Assembly: GCF_006345805.1 (NCBI RefSeq)
Contig: NC_043000.1
Location: 65,348,001 to 65,412,000 of the forward strand
DNA from: Octopus sinensis
Taxonomy: Eukaryota
Reading direction: 5' to 3'
DNA length: 64,000 nucleotides
Shown here: positions 1 through 11,228 of the stretch, one piece after another
How the letters are laid out: every line of letters starts with the position of its first letter
How positions within the stretch are numbered: the first letter of the stretch is position 1
Notes under the pieces: model-generated
Database searches by the model: none
Told to the model about the DNA's origin: nothing
The model's input: the letters and a program-made list of their open reading frames with translations, nothing else
Made by a program: the position numbers and the translations under genes

Positions 1-207
1 GGGAGGTTGAAACTGACATTTCAGAGTTCTTCACTTGAAACCAAGAATGTTTAACATTGATGGGATTAAAAAGCTTGTAAATGGATGGAAGGAAGTCATA
101 GATAATCACAGAAAGTATATTGATGATTAAATTTCAATTAAATACAACATTTGGTCACTTGTTTTCTCTATTCAAAATTTGGACAGAACTTATGGGATGA
201 CCCGATA
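1..207 (+). mobile_element. 3' end of a decayed mariner transposon (transposase C-terminus plus right TIR)
   Basis: Interrupted frame EVETDISEFF...IDGIKKLVNGWKEVIDNHRKYIDD* resembles the mariner transposase C-terminus. It is followed by the TIR-like GGACAGAACTTATGGGATGACCCGA and TA. Confidence 0.75.
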
Positions 208-392
208 CATATACACATACATATATATATATATATATATACACATATAAACACATATATATACATAAACAAATATATATATACAAACATATACATACAC
301 ACACACACACACACATATATATATACTAATACATACATATATATATATACTAATACATACATATATATATATACTTATACATATATATATAT
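206..392. repeat. (TA)n/(CA)n/(TACA)n compound microsatellite
   Basis: Directly visible. Confidence 0.95.
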
Positions 393-1254
393 AAAGGCTA
401 TCACAGTAATGGTAAACAAAGTAAGTAAATCACAGCCAGATTGATTGCTTAACAGCAACAATTTCTTGAATGTAGTCTATAATGTGTATGCTTCAATGTG
501 ATGCCAGGATAGAATGACTGAGTGAATATGCTATTACACTGCTGGTTCAAATCTACGCAAGGTAGAGTTCATGCTGAATTGAAGTAGTAAATGACCAGGT
601 AATTGCTCAAGGAGCTGTCCACTAGGGTCATGGATGTCACTTCTATATTGCTTCAGCTCTTGCTGAAGATGTAATGGCAAACTGGTGTGTGATTGTCAGG
701 GGTGTCCAGGTTGGTGCCATCTCCATAGCACCAGGTAGGACGTTTAGGCAAAGTGAGTATGGGTGAACTTAACATGTTGCAGTCCAGGCTAACTCAGTGT
801 CCACTGAGTCCAAATAGTCAAGGAGTTGGAGTCGGGGGTAAGAGAATCAGAGGCTAATGGTAGAGAGACAGAAGGACAGGTGAGAGAGTGTGATAGAGAA
901 GGAGATAGGAGTGTGTGATGGATGTCGATGAATGGTAGGAGTTATGACAGTGATAAGAGAGGGAGTTGGTTTCAGTGGAGAAAGTAATGAAGAGAAAAAA
1001 GGGCAATAGACAGTAAGCAAAGATGCCTCATGGCAGGGAGAGTTAACATGATCATATTGGGTAAAGGGACCAAAGGGACCCAAATGAATATTAAACATCC
1101 TGAACTATCTCTATTTTTACTTCCTTTTTTTCTGTGTTTGCATGGATTGGGTGAGCACCCTTCAGCTTAGCATTTTTGGCCACTTTTATCAGCCTGTGTC
1201 ATTTTTGTCATGAAGTTCAGTGTTTACTTCTTGCTATATATATATATATATCAC

Positions 1255-1547
1255 TGGCCGTTCGCCAGCCTCGGCCGTTCGCCAGCCTCGTCTGGCACCT
1301 GTGTCGGTGGCACATAAGAAAACACCATCCGAGCGTGGCCGTCTGCCAGCCTCGTCTGGCACCTGTGTCGGTGGCACATAAAATCACCCACTACACTCAG
1401 AAAGTGGTTGGCGTTAGGAAGGGCATCCAGCTGTAGAAACACTGCCAGATCTGACTGGCCTGGTGCAGCCTTCGGGCTTGCCAGACCCCAGTTGAACCGT
1501 CCAACCCATGCTAGCATGGAAAGCGGACGTTAAACGACGACGACGAT
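1255..1547 (+). mobile_element. Truncated RTE LINE 3' UTR copy with (GAC/GAT)n tail
   Basis: Matches 5150-5363 (GTGGTTGGCGTTAGGAAGGGCATCCAGC...CCCATGCTAGCATGGAAAGCGGACGTTAAAC) and is flanked by TA-rich microsatellite. Confidence 0.85.
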
Positions 1548-1677
1548 ACTTATACATACATATATATATACACTTATACATACATATATATATACACTTA
1601 TACATACATATATATATACATATACATACATACACATATATATACATACACATATACCTATATATACACACACATAT

Positions 1678-1846
1678 GGAGCAGGAGTGGCTGTGTGGAA
1701 AGTAGCTTGCTTCCCAACCATATGGTTCCAGGTTCATTCCCACTGCGTGCCATCTTGGGCAAGTGTCTTCTACTATAGCCTCGGGCCGACCAAATCCTTG
1801 TAAGTGGATTTGGTAGAAGGAAACTGTAGGAAGCCTGTCGTATATA
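1678..1846 (+). mobile_element. tRNA-derived CORE-like SINE (family A), 5' half; 3' half at about 5365-5585, split by the RTE insertion
   Basis: The two halves together are colinear with the unsplit copy at 8738-9127. A/B-box-like head (TGGCTGTGTGG...GGTTCATTCC) and CORE-like CTTGGGCAAGTG. Confidence 0.8.
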
Positions 1847-2144
1847 TTCGTCTTCTAGTCGTCCTCTTAGTCCTGATCCTAAAGTCACTGACTACCATTC
1901 TATGTTGTGGGGTACATTCTTCGCCTGGGAAGGTTTTGGCATTCATAAGCAGCCATCTTTCCCTTTTTCTGGCATGGATGTAGTCGATTTGGCTAGTATG
2001 CTGGCCCGAACGGTAGGTGACCAAGTGGCTTGTTGGTTTCCTGAAGTTAGTGTTGCAAACCATAAGACTATTCGCATCACAGAACTCCAGCAGCCTGGTT
2101 CCCTTCTCATAACCATAGCCTCCATGAACGCCATAGAAGCCCTC

Positions 2145-4531
2145 AGGGAAAGATGGCTGCTTATGAATGCCAAAACCTTCCCAGGCGAAGAATGTACCCC
2201 ACAACATAGAATGGTAGTCAGTGACTTTAGGATCAGGACTAAGAGGACGACTAGAAGACGACCAACATGGAGAAGAAGGGTCTGGAAACTTAAAGACCCT
2301 GCTAACGGACAGAGATTTAGAGACATGTTATTTGAAGCCTTCGACGAAATAGAAGGGGGCATAGCTACACATGGGGTAGAAGATAACTGGGCGTTTCTAA
2401 GGGACAACCTGCTGAAAGCCACTGACCAGATCTGTGGCTGGTGCAAAGTCCCCACAAGACCCAAAATAACGTGGTGGTGGAACAATACTGTTGACAGGGC
2501 TATTAGACAAAAGAAACAGGCTTGGAAGGACTGGAAGAACGGTGGTAGCAGGGAAGTGAATCAGACTGCAAGAAGGGAAGCTAGGAGGCAGGTTTATTTA
2601 GCCAGAGGGGAAGCAGATAGGAAAAAATTTGCCAATGTCCTGCGCCGTAAGGATGAAAGACTTGAGGTATTTCGTATAGCAAGACAGTGCGTGAGAGAGA
2701 ATCGTGACATGGTAGGAGAAAAATGTGTTCGCACGGATGACGGCTCACTTGCGCTAAATGAGGATGCAAAGAGAGAGGTTTGGAGAAGCCACTATGAAAG
2801 GTTGCTGAATGAGGAAAATGAATGGGATAAAGAGAGTCTACCGAATGTTGACCCAACAGAGGGACCAGCAATCCGAGTTGACAGTTCCTTAGTAGATAAG
2901 GCAATTAAAAGCATGAAAACAGGGAAAGCCCCAGGCCCATCAGGAATTACTGCAGAGATGCTCAAAATATCTGGTAGTGTCGGCTATAGCCTAGTCACCC
3001 GTATAGTTAACCAGGTGATACACGAAGGAGTCATTCCCAATGACTGGTGTAGCAGCATAATAGTCAGCTGCTACAAAGGTAAAGGTGACGCCCTAGATAC
3101 AAATAACTACAGGGGTATCAAGCTGCTGGATCAGGTAATGAAGGTTACGGTGAGGGTTATAGCCCAACTAATTAGAGAGAGAGTTAGCCTAGATCAGATG
3201 CAGTTTGGGTTCGTGCCAGGGAAAAGTACTACTGATGCTATTTTCATGGTAAGACAGCTGCAAGAGAAATACCTAGCCAAAGACAAGCCCCTATACCTGG
3301 CTTTTGTTGATATGGAGAAAGCCTTCAACAGGGTCCCCCGATCCCGCATCTGGTGGTCAATGAGGAAACTAGGGATAGATGAATGGTTAGTGAAAGCTGT
3401 ACAAGCCATGTACAGAGACGCTGCTAGTAAGGTGAGGGTTGGCACCGAGTACAGTGAAGAATTCAGGGTAGAGGTTGGGGTCCACCAAGGTTCATCCTCA
3501 ATTCCCTCCTATTTATCATAGTCCTCCAGGCAATAACGGAGGAATTCAAGACAGGATGCCCCTGGGAGCTCCTCTATGCTGATGACCTTGCTCTAATTGC
3601 TGAGTCTCTATCAGAACTAGAGGAGAAGTTTCAGGTATGGAAACAAGGTTTAGAATCGAAGGGCCTTAGAATCAACCTAGCCAAAACCAAAGTCCTAATA
3701 AGTAGGAAGGTAGACCAATCACAAACGCCTTCAGGTAGATGGCCCTGCTCGATCTGTAGAAAAGGTGTAGGTAGAAACTCTATAAGATGCACCAAGTGTA
3801 AGCTATGGACACATAAGAGGTGCAGCAATGTCAAAGGAAGGCTAACTAGGAAGATGGTTTTTGTATGTGGCAGATGCTCAGGAACAATTAACACTGAAAA
3901 TGCTCTGAGACCAACTTCCGTCACTTTCCAGGGAGAAAAGCTAGAAGTAGTTGATAGTTTCCGTTACCTAGGTGACTAAGTCAGTAGCGGGGGTGGGTGC
4001 GCTGAAAGTATAACTGCTAGAGTAAGAATAGCCTGGGCAAAGTTTAGAGAGCTCTTACCCCTGCTGGTGACAAAAGGCCTCTCGCTCAAAGTAAAAGGCA
4101 GACTGTATGATGCATGTGTACGTACAACCATGCTACATGGTAGTGAAACTTGGGCTGTGACTGCTGAGGATTTGCGTAAGCTCGCAAGAAATGAAGCTAG
4201 TATGCTCCGATGGATGTGTAACGTCAGTGTTCATAATCGACAGAGTGTAAGTACCTTGAGAGAAAAGTTGAACCTAAGAAGCATCAGTTGTTGTGTGCAA
4301 GAGAGACGTATGCGCTGGTATGGTCATGTGATGAGAATGGCTGAAGATAGTTGTGTGCGAAAGTGCCACACCCTGGCAGTTGAGGGGACCTGTGGAAGAG
4401 GTAGACCCAGGAAAACCTGGGACGAGGTGGTGAAGCATGACCTTCAAACTTTAGGTCTCACCAAGGAAATGACCAGTGACCGAGACCTTTGGAAGTATGC
4501 TGTGCGTGAGAAAACCCGGCAAGACCAGTGA
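2145..4531 (+). pseudogene. RTE ORF remnant (linker, reverse transcriptase, PHD-like finger, C-terminus), disrupted
   Basis: ORFs 1902-3521 and 4067-4531 plus the intervening frame containing CPWELLYADDL. Confidence 0.9.
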
Positions 4532-4579
4532 GAACAGTCAAAATCAAATTCAAACCAAATTGAGGTCGATCAACATCAG

Positions 4580-5200
4580 GGCCCCCATGCAGGTGACACG
4601 TAAAAGCACCATCCGTTCGTAGCCGTTTTCCAGCCCTGTCTGGCCCCCGTGTCGGTGGCACGTAAAAGCACCAGCCATTTGTGTTCGTTGCCAGCCTGGC
4701 CTGGCCCCCATGTCGGTGACATGTAAAAGCACCATCCGTTCGTGGCCGTTTGCCAGCCCTGTCTGGCCCCCATGTCGGTGACATGTAAAAGCACCATCCG
4801 TTCGTGGCCGTTTGCCAGCCCTGTCTGGCCCCCATGTCGGTGACATGTAAAAGCACCATCCGTTCGTGTCCGTGACACGTAAAAGCACCATCCGTTCGTG
4901 GCCGTTTGCCAGCCCTGTCTGGTCCCCATGTCGGTGGCATGTAAAAGCACCATCCATTCGTGTCCGTTGCCAGCCTCGCCTGGCCCCCGTGCCGGTGACA
5001 CGTAAAAGCACCATCCGTTTCGTGGCCGTTTGCCAGCCCTGTCTGGCCCCCGTGTTGGTGGCACGTAAAAGCACCATCCATTCGTGTCCGTTGCCAGCCT
5101 CGCCTGGGCCCGTGCCGGTGACACGTAAAAGCACCATCCGTTCGTGGCCGTTTGCCAGCTCTGTCTGGCACCTGTGCGAGTGGCACGTAAAAAGCACCCA
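4580..5200 (+). repeat. About 62-bp minisatellite (11 units, one shortened) in the RTE 3' UTR
   Basis: The core TAAAAGCACC recurs at about 4601, 4663, 4724, 4786, 4848, 4880, 4942, 5003, 5066, 5126 and 5188. Confidence 0.95.
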
Positions 5201-5887
5201 CTACACTCACGGAGTGGTTGGCGTTAGGAAGGGCATCCAGCCGTAGAAACACTGCCAGATCTGACTGGGCCTGATGAAGCCTTCCAGCTTCACAGACCCC
5301 AGTTGAACCGTCCAACCCATGCTAGCATGGAGAACGGACGCTAAAGGATGATGATGATGATGATGTGTGTGTGTGTGTATATGTTTTGTCCCCCGAACAT
5401 CGCTTGACAACCGATGGTGGTGTGTTTACGTCCCCCGTAACTTACCGGTTTGACAAAAGAGACTGATAGAATAAGTACTAGGCTTCCAACGAATAAGTCC
5501 TGGGGTCGATTTGCTCGACTAAAGGCTGTGCTCCAGCATGGCCACAGTCAAATGACTGAAACAAGTAAAAGAGAGTAAAAGAGTATATATATATATATAT
5601 ATATATACATAAAGTGGGGTTTGGCGTCAGGAAGGGCATCTGGCCGTAGAAAGCTTGCCACACGCTTAGCGCTGCGCATATGTACATACATTTTGTAGGT
5701 GCGGGCATGGCTGTGTGATTAGGGAGCTTGCTTCCTAGCTACATGGTTTCAGGTTCAGTCCTACAGCGTGACACTTAGGGCAAGTGTCTTCTGCTATAGC
5801 CCCAGGCCGACCAAAGCTTTGTAATTGAATTTGGTAGGCGGAAGTTACTGCCATGTTTATATATGTGTGTAGGTGCTTGTGCCTCTC

Positions 5888-6208
5888 TGAGAGAGAGAGA
5901 GAGAGAGAGAGGGATACATATATATACACATACACACATATATATATATATATATACAGACATATATATACATACATATATAAATACATACATACATATA
6001 TAAATACATACATACATATATATAAATACATACATACATATAAATACATACATACATATATATAAATAATACATACATATATATAAATAAATACATACAT
6101 ATATATAAATAAATACATACATACATATAAATAAATACATACATACATACATATATATAAATACATACATACATACATATATATAAATACATACATCATA
6201 TATACACA
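5888..6208. repeat. (GA)n plus (TA)/(TACA) compound microsatellite
   Basis: Directly visible. Confidence 0.95.
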
Positions 6209-6671
6209 TGTACAATAGTGAAACTATTATATCACATTATAATAGAGATGTTTCACTATTGAGGCATAATATCAAAACAGTGTACAAGATAAGAGATTGC
6301 TCTGGGCTTGCTTAGGCAAGAGGGTGGAAAATTTTTTTGGTCCATGACTCTCTATGGACCCTATGTAAGGCAAGTGTAAAATTTGAATGAAATCAGTTGG
6401 GTAGTTCTCGAGTTTTAGTGATCCCGACAGACAGACTTTCTCAGTTTTATATATATATATATAGATATATGACTTTCTTCAAAAACTGATCAAATTTAAA
6501 AGTGAAAACAACCAAACCACTTTCATCCCTGTAGAAATTAGTCAGGATTTATATCACTACAATTTCAGCTATTTCAAAAAAAATTAACATTCTCAGTCAT
6601 TTAGCACTAATAAATGCAAATAACATAGAAGACAAACAGGTAAATTCATAAAGATAAAAGAACCAACTTAC

Positions 6672-6724
6672 TCAAGTAGATCAATAAGTTCATTAACATG
6701 ATGATGCAGAGTATATTCTGCCAT
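6672..6724 (-). CDS. TUBGCP2: Gamma-tubulin complex component 2, first coding exon (exon 6672-6758); the gene continues left beyond the window
   Basis: Translates MAEYTLHHHVNELIDLL, close to the recalled vertebrate GCP2 N-terminus MSEFRIHHDVNELLSLL. Acceptor ttttcattgcag at 6759, Kozak-like aaaATGG, donor GA|gtaagt at 6671. Confidence 0.8.
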
Positions 6725-7136
6725 TTTCCTGGCAGGTTGGTGGCCTCAACTGGAACCACTGCAATGAAAAGGAGCAGTTTCAAAAATTACAAATTCTTAA
6801 AAAGAAGTTTTGTGACCGAGTTACCCTTAAATTCAGCAAAAATCTTTTTTACATTATTCAGTGTGTACTTCCTGGTTTAAAATGTTAGCATATGAATTGA
6901 GGGAGATTTTATCATTACTTCTAGCAGGCCGAGTGACAATATACAGGTGCATCCTTAAAGTTTTTGATCAGAGATCAGAGATTCATATATAATACTTTAT
7001 CATGTGTAGTAGACATTTCAGTTATGGGGCTTATATAGTTTTAAAAACTTTATTATATTGTGTATAGCATAACATGCTGCACAAGATAATCATCTGTAAT
7101 TTAATATATCAGGTTTCAATATTTTCATTTGAGTTA

Positions 7137-7505
7137 AAGTGGTGAGATGGTAGAATCATTAGCATGCAGGACAAAATGCTTAGCAGCATTTCATCCAGAG
7201 CTCAAATTCCACCAAGGTCAACCTTACCTTTCATCCTTTTGTAGGTCAATAAAATAAATACCAGTTGAACACTGGGGTCAATGTAATCAACTTATCCCCT
7301 TCCTCAAAATCGTTGATCTTGTACCAAAATGCGAAACCATTTGAGCAGATAGAATCTTGTCTGACCAAGCCAGACAAAATGCTTAGCAGAATTTCTTCCA
7401 CAAATGTTGCTGAAGTCAACTTTGCCTTTCATCAAGGGTTGATAAATAAGTACCAGTTGATAACTAATGTTGATGTAATTAACTAGTATCTCCTGCCAAA
7501 ATTTC
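7137..7505 (+). mobile_element. Two tandem tRNA-derived SINEs (family B, Meta-domain-like core)
   Basis: GGCAGAATC(G/A)TTAGCA head and CTTTGCCTTTCATCCTTT...ATAAAATAAGTACCAGTTG core. Further copies at about 14580, 25250, 28775, 38145, 41878, 48467, 51495, 60750 and 60975. Confidence 0.75.
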
Positions 7506-8737
7506 ATGAAATATACTAGTGATATATAAAAAAAAAAATTACCAAGAAATAAAGCTCAAGTACATTATTAGTTGATTTTTTTTTTTTGTCTTAATAAAAG
7601 CGGGTAGAGAAAATTTTATATGTATCCTCAATTTGGAATCTATTCATTTTTATAACAACAATTAGTTGACAACATTATTAGTGATAATAATAAACAGCTT
7701 TCATGATATGTATGTGAAATCAGTATGAAAAATCATCAGAGGTCATTACCATTTGGTTACAATAGTTTCAAGTGTATGAGACTGTTAAGAGTAAGGACCC
7801 CTCCTCCTTCTCTCCCTCACTTTCCCTCTCTGCACATTTCAAAGTAATGCAACACCTTCCTATACTCCTTCCTGAAATGCCAAAAACCAGGAGTAAACCC
7901 TCTGGAAAATTTTCTCTCCCCTTCAATACCCATGAACTTTGTCCAAATTAAATCCCACCAATTATCTTTTGTTATTTACACACAAACTATACATCCTATT
8001 CCTATCTGAATCAACTCCTATCAGCTGTCCAGGCTACACTCTCTAACCTACTTTAACTCTAAAAGATGATGTCTGAACTTTTAAGTTGGCTCCAATCCCT
8101 TTGCCACTCACTCAGTAATAATGACTTCCAGTTACCCTGGATCAGTCTCTCTTCTTCACTACCCCAAATGCATTTATGCTTCTATCACTTTTCTAACTGC
8201 TTTAAACACCAACATCTCTTCAACTATACTCCCTCCTATATTGAGGACATATATATCTAACTCCATGTCTCTCCAAAATCATTGTTCTCACTGACTTCAA
8301 CATTTACAACTCTTCATAGCTCTCTCACTCATCCTACATCAATGCTGCTGGTGCAGAAGTCGAATGTTTTGCAATCCCCAACTTTTCTTTAACTTGTCTC
8401 ATTCTACACACTTCCCATATTTACACTGAAACACCTTTGAGCTCTTTCTCATCCCCAAACCTAATCCATACCAAATTGTAATCATCCCTGTACCAGTTGG
8501 GTCATCCAACTACTGCCTCATCACAACTACACCACACGCATCCGCATACCAAACAATACCTGCTTTGCCACACACTCTTTGATACTTCAAGTCAACCAAC
8601 AGGTCACAACCCTGCCAATTTTATGCCACTGTCCTAACAAAAATGTGTTTCACTTTCGATTCATCAGTAACAGCTAGAATGGGTGATGACTGAAACTGTC
8701 ACTTTAGGCAACAAAAATCCAATACCCCACAAGTAGA

Positions 8738-9127
8738 TGTAGGCATAACTTTGTAGTAAGAAGCTTGCTTCCCAACCATATGGTTTCAGGTTCAGTCCCA
8801 CTGCGTGGCACCTTGGGCAAGTGCCTTCTATTAGTCTCAAAAGCCTTGTGAGTAGATTTGGTAGGTGGAAACTGAAAGAAGCCTGTCATGAGTGTGTGTG
8901 GGTGGTGTGGGTGTCTTTGTCCCCACCACCATCATTGACAACCAATGGTGATGTGTTTATGTCACTGTAACCTAGTAGTTTGTCAAAAGAGCCCAATAGA
9001 ATAAGTACTAGGCTTACAAAGAATAAGTCCTGGAGTCAATTTCTTTGACTAAAAAAACCCTTTAAGGTGATGCTCCAGCATGGCTGCAGTCAACTGACTG
9101 AAATGCGTAAAAGAATACAAGAATAAA
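8738..9127 (+). mobile_element. Near full-length family A SINE
   Basis: tRNA-like head, CORE-like block, (GT)n middle and tail ...GACTGAAA...AAAAGAATA. More than 15 partial copies occur across the window. Confidence 0.8.
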
Positions 9128-9351
9128 GTGTTTCACTCATAGTTGAGCTGAAGTTCAGGCAAAAAGCAAGGTCTGCAACATCTGGCAAAACTCACCCATT
9201 CAAAAAGACATTTATCCAGGAAAACATGGCTGCATGCATTGTATCGTTTTCAAGTTATCCTGCCTTAAAAAATGTAGCCAATCATGTTGCTCCTTTCATA
9301 AATGGATTTTCCCCAACTTTACAAAATCTTCTTTCTCAACAATAATACTTC

Positions 9352-9968
9352 GCAAATATCCTCCTTCAGGTAAAACCATCAATAGAAGAGAATATGACCA
9401 AAAACATGCAGCTGTGGTAGGTTATACAAAGGCGAAACATGCCGCCCCCTCAAAATAAGGGTAGAAGAATATCGCAAAGCTGTGACACAAGGAGATATTG
9501 ATAAATCAGGTATAGCTGTTTATGCATGGAAAAATGGAGACCACCTGCCCCTGTGGGATGAAGTTAAAATAATAGACAGAGAACACCACTGGAAAATACG
9601 AAAACTAAAAGAAGCAACAACCTCCAAAGCAGACCGAGTGCAGATATGAGCAGCATATGGGAACCGGTATTAAGAAAAAAGATTTATAAGCCCTAAAAAT
9701 TCACTCCATAATTGCCCACAGGCATATGGTGTAGTGGTTAAGAGCGTGGGCTACTAACTCCCAAGATTCCGAGTTCGATTCCAAGCAGTGACCTTGAATA
9801 TTAATAATAATAATAATAATAATAACATCAAAAAATACCTTAGGAATGAGAACCCAGGTTCAAAATTTCCCCAAGACACCTGATGAAGGCTGGAGGGTAT
9901 TAACAACAAACAAGATGAGGACAAATATCCGTCAAATGTAAATTCCTCATTTCTTAAATACAGAACTG
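9352..9968 (+). mobile_element. Penelope-like element 3' fragment (GIY-YIG endonuclease plus terminal repeat)
   Basis: The frame from 9407 reads CSCGRLYKGETCRPLKIRVEEYRKAV...KSGIAVYAWKNGDH...WDEVKIIDREHHWKIRKLKEA, typical of PLE GIY-YIG. Flanked by the 11-bp direct repeat AATAATACTTC (9341-9351 and 9969-9979). Confidence 0.85.
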
Positions 9969-11010
9969 AATAATACTTCTCTGAGAAGAATCTCTGAAGA
10001 CAAAGCCTCCACTTTTGCTGCCCACTTTGCTACCAACTCCACATTCTACACTCTAAGCAAATCTCCAATTCCTTTCCCTTTCAGGCTCACCATTTTACAT
10101 ACACACATTCCACTTTCAGTTGCTTCAAACCAACAAGGCTACCACTCCTGAAAGCATCCCTTGTTACCCCGAAACACCACACCCCAGAACTAATCTCTAC
10201 ACTAGCCAAACAATTCAATCTTTTCCTCTCTGCAGATATCAATCCTGGTCTTCAGAAACACTACAGTATGTCCCATCCCCAAGAAAGAAAACCTCTCTCA
10301 TCCTGCTGGCTACTGTACATATTTTTAATGTATCTCATATATTGAAGACAACCATTATCTTCCAACATCTCTCTCTCTCTCTCTCTCTTTAATAACCATT
10401 TGTCATTTACACCAGATCCACTAACCTACTCCACTTCATCACCCATAAGTGGGCTCTTAATTTTGAGAAATTTGGTAAAAGCTATACTGTTGACCGCATC
10501 AGAAAAGCTTTTGACTGTGTCTGGATTGCAAATCCCTAATCAAAATTGCCTGCCTGTGGGGCTTCACCCATCACTTGTAGCTTCCAATCAGATCACACTA
10601 CTGTAACATGCTTTGACAGACCTCTTTATGTCTCTCATTTTACCAATTCCAGCAAACCCCAAGCTTTTTGATTCCCTCTCTGTTTCTTTTATATATCAAT
10701 GACTTGCTGCCATACCCATGTCCAACTACATCCACTTTTAAACATATGACATACCCTTGATTTCTCCTTAACATTCTCCAACCATGCAAAAGCCAGTTGC
10801 AACCCATACTGACCCCATGATTAAAGACCTCAAAAACATCCTCCAAGGGTGTGTTAAACTAATCTTGTCTCTTTCAACAAGAAAATGCAATTACTTCTCA
10901 TATCACCACATCCTCCTGAATCAGGGTTAGATCTCAATTAGAGTTCTCACAATAATACCAATTGTTAAGCCTCACTATCATGAAGGTTCTCTTTTGGCAA
11001 AAGCACATCT

Positions 11011-11228
11011 TTAACCATTTAGCAGTTAGATTTCTGTCAAATGTAATATTTATTCACATTATTTTGAAACAATCATGCATTATCTTGTAGCTTTGACATT
11101 TTGATGACCCCATTGTTTATTTTTAAAATGACATTGTAGGATAGGTATGAAAGGCCAGATCTGGCCACTTTGAACCTAAGACAGAATATTTGGGCCAGAT
11201 ATGACTCATTTAAAGGCTAAAGAGTTAA
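11011..11228 (-). mobile_element. piggyBac-type MITE (TTAA-flanked, CCCTTTAGCA termini)
   Basis: About 220-bp family; other copies at about 24656, 37645-37872, 47283-47507, 52618-53068 (two) and 54068-54290. Confidence 0.7.

Larger units (their letters stand above)
1848..5363 (+). mobile_element. RTE-clade LINE, 5'-truncated with an inverted 5' segment; RT pseudogene, minisatellite 3' UTR and (GAT)n tail
   Basis: APE C-terminal motifs (LLEFCDAN, SQIDYI, QHRMVVSDF) and RT motifs (KAPGPSG, YRGIKLL, QFGF, FVDMEKAF, GVHQGS, YADD at 3575-3586, RMRWYGHVMR, RGRPRKTW). Frameshift near 3495 and premature TAA at 3977-3979. Confidence 0.95.

Noticed and set aside
151-444. HIYIYT/YVCMY-type ORFs (also about 1414-1743, 5735-6215, 34100-34434 and 61649-61877)
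   Set aside because: Translations of TA/CA/GT microsatellites.
400-1100. Second TUBGCP2 coding exon
   Set aside because: No frame resembling GCP2 beyond residue 17 was recognised; the exon is presumably left of the window.
1902-2144. N-terminal 81 aa of the 539-aa ORF as a novel domain
   Set aside because: It is the antisense reading of the inverted endonuclease segment.
4458-5315. Repetitive ORFs (285, 215 and 182 aa) and a CRISPR-like appearance
   Set aside because: LINE 3' UTR minisatellite. The intervening sequences are homologous rather than unique spacers, the context is eukaryotic and there are no cas genes.
6315-6465. Helentron/DINE-like short element (also about 43640-43915)
   Set aside because: Resemblance only; termini could not be defined well enough to call.
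9721-9793. Bona fide tRNA gene (also 23054-23125 and 55679-55750)
   Set aside because: A/B boxes are present but no clean cloverleaf or terminator is evident; these are heads of retroelements.
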